Shown in pieces: positions 14,679 to 16,294 of a stretch of 16,294 nt of DNA. The DNA lies in NCBI GenBank assembly GCA_964496415.1, contig CAZBZN010000015.1, positions 1 through 16,294 on the forward strand, written 5' to 3'. This DNA comes from Candidatus Micrarchaeota archaeon (GTDB taxonomy: Archaea; B1Sed10-29; JAJRYS01). The stretch's first letter is position 1, and each line of letters opens with the position of its first letter. Under the pieces are notes generated by a model. It saw only the letters and a program-made list of their open reading frames with translations, did no database searches and was not told the DNA's origin. Both the position numbers and the translations under genes were made by a program.

Positions 14679-16294
14679 CCTTTTATCACCCTAACTAGCC
14701 CTTTAACACCGTCAACAATAACAAAATCTCCTGTGTTAATAATTCTTGTAGCTTCTTTAATTCCATTAACACATGCTTTTTCAAATTCTCTACTTACAAT
14801 AGCTAAATGAGATAAAAATCCTCCTCTCTCCCCCACAAATCCCTTTGCTTTGATTATAAAAGGAACAACAACAGGTGTGGAATCCGTTATTACTACTATT
14901 TCATCATCTTTTATTTCAAGAAGATCCTTTTCATTGGATATCACTCTAGCAAATCCTTCTGCTTTGTATGGAGAAATAGGATTACCCTTCAACAAGATTA
15001 CTTTTTTATCCTCTTTATCTCTTTCAATCTTTCTTTTTAATAAAAAACCATCCTTCCAACCGTCATAGAAAGCTTTTTTTAACAAATATTTTATAAGTTC
15101 TTTATTGAAATAGCACCTAGCATCTTTATTATCAAATCCTCCAGAGCAATAAAACCTTCTAGCAGAACATCCGCCGCCACAAACAAATTTAAAAGCACAT
15201 TTAGAGCAATCTTCATTGTTATCAACTAAGGTTTTTTCTTTTATTTCGCTAACTATCTTATTGTAGAAAATTTTTTGAGGTTGGGAATTATATTTGCCTA
15301 AAATAAACCTTTTATCACCAACAAATTCTTCACATGGATAAATATTACCATCTGGACCTAAAGCAAGCATATCTCTTCCAGCACCACACGGCGAATGCAT
15401 ACATCGGTAATAATAAGATTGATTCTTTAAAATAGAAAAAATAATATCAACATTTCTAAACTTTATCATTTTCTTTTTGTCTTTAATACCCTCATTGTAC
15501 CTGCTTATTTTCTCCATCAAAAACAGGTAAAGTTCTAACAATTGTTCATCAGATATCAAAAGGTCAGCAGCTTTACTACCTCTCCCAAAAGGGTACATTG
15601 GATTTAAACTAAAAGAATTTAGGCCTTCTTCAACTAAAAAGTTAAAATAATCCTCTTTATGCTCCCAAGTAATCTTAGTAGCAACACTTATAATACCAAA
15701 TTTAATATTATGCTCTTTTAACTTCTTAATCCCATTCATAGTTTCATCAAAAGTCCCCTCTCCGTTGGGCTTTACCCTCTGTTTGTCATGAATCAATTTA
15801 GGACCATCAATACTAACCCCAACACCAATTTTGTTCTCTTTTATGAAATCACATACTTCATCATCTATTAAAGAAGCATTAGTTTGCATGTCAAATCTAA
15901 GATCTAACCCAGATTCTTTAGCGTAATCAACAATTTTTTTAATTTTCTCAAATTCCAACAAAGGTTCTCCACCGTGAAATTCAATAGCATACTTATCAAA
16001 ACCCCAATCGTTTTCTTTCAAGTTATCTATAAAACCAAAAGCATCTGACAAACTTAATGAATGCCCTTTTCCAGCATTAGCGTAACAGTACTTGCACCTG
16101 TAATTACAAGAATTTGTCATGTGGTATACTATGAACAATCTTCCTGAAATATCTCTAAAATTAGCAGGATCAAAAAAGGGTTTAAAAAATTTCTTTTCAG
16201 ATTCACTTAATTTCTTCTTGCCAAGAACAGAAAGAGCTTCATCATCAACAATAACCCAGCGACGATTATTTTCATTAAGAACAAATGATAAATC
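14675..16294 (-). CDS. Radical SAM/SPASM peptide-maturase-like protein with N-terminal RRE-like region and C-terminal PEP-utilising mobile (phosphohistidine swivel) domain; 5' end is outside the window
   Basis: CNYRCKYC, FHGGEPLL, QTNA, VSIDGP..IHD..R. SPASM CMHSPCGAG...IYPCEEF...CSKCAFKFVCGGGC...C. C-terminal ERGGFLSHLAIVSREFEKACVNG..ATRIINTGDFVIVDGVKGLV. The frame stays open from 16138 to the edge (DLSFVLNENNRRWVIVDDEALSVLGKK...). Confidence 0.9.
   Translation of the reverse strand, partial: DLSFVLNENNRRWVIVDDEALSVLGKKKLSESEKKFFKPFFDPANFRDISGRLFIVYHMTNSCNYRCKYCYANAGKGHSLSLSDAFGFIDNLKENDWGFDKYAIEFHGGEPLLEFEKIKKIVDYAKESGLDLRFDMQTNASLIDDEVCDFIKENKIGVGVSIDGPKLIHDKQRVKPNGEGTFDETMNGIKKLKEHNIKFGIISVATKITWEHKEDYFNFLVEEGLNSFSLNPMYPFGRGSKAADLLISDEQLLELYLFLMEKISRYNEGIKDKKKMIKFRNVDIIFSILKNQSYYYRCMHSPCGAGRDMLALGPDGNIYPCEEFVGDKRFILGKYNSQPQKIFYNKIVSEIKEKTLVDNNEDCSKCAFKFVCGGGCSARRFYCSGGFDNKDARCYFNKELIKYLLKKAFYDGWKDGFLLKRKIERDKEDKKVILLKGNPISPYKAEGFARVISNEKDLLEIKDDEIVVITDSTPVVVPFIIKAKGFVGERGGFLSHLAIVSREFEKACVNGIKEATRIINTGDFVIVDGVKGLVRVIKG

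Noticed and set aside
234..15068. Short antisense or overlapping ORFs in the track (e.g. 234..461, 1652..1906, 2309..2530, 2967..3158, 4185..4430, 5907..6110, 8755..9006, 10007..10456, 13100..13285, 14850..15068)
   Set aside because: They are shadows of well-supported genes and have no recognisable motifs.
1..16294. CRISPR arrays, transposases, integrases
   Set aside because: No regularly spaced repeats or recombinase/transposase motifs were seen.

Overview
AT-rich, gene-dense archaeal window. GGTGA/GGAG Shine-Dalgarno sites, TTT(T)ATA/TTTAAA promoters, NreA, Nop5, fibrillarin and an archaeal-type GlyRS all support this; a DPANN-like lineage is plausible but is inference. From left to right: (i) a GC-rich multi-hairpin RNA-like segment truncated at the left edge. 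(ii) An ~8 kb signal-transduction neighbourhood with three paralogous stand-alone 7TM proteins, a sensor-less histidine kinase with a 3TM partner, a stand-alone receiver, a TBP-like/V4R fusion, an unannotated 59-aa gene and two divergently transcribed single-domain KaiC/RAD55 ATPases resembling separate CI and CII halves; nreA and an AbrB-domain gene are interleaved. (iii) glyS, intact but artificially split by a 10-N scaffold gap. (iv) nop5 and fibrillarin separated by a RelBE-like toxin-antitoxin pair. (v) A GILT/DsbA-like thiol oxidoreductase plus a stand-alone paralogue of its N-terminal half. (vi) A lower-GC operon, truncated at the right edge, encoding an RRE-radical SAM/SPASM maturase fused to a PEP-utilising phosphohistidine swivel domain, a helical protein and a divergent HAD-fold protein. 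Items (vi) and (ii) are the best candidates for undescribed systems. All family calls come from motif recognition by eye; no searches were run.
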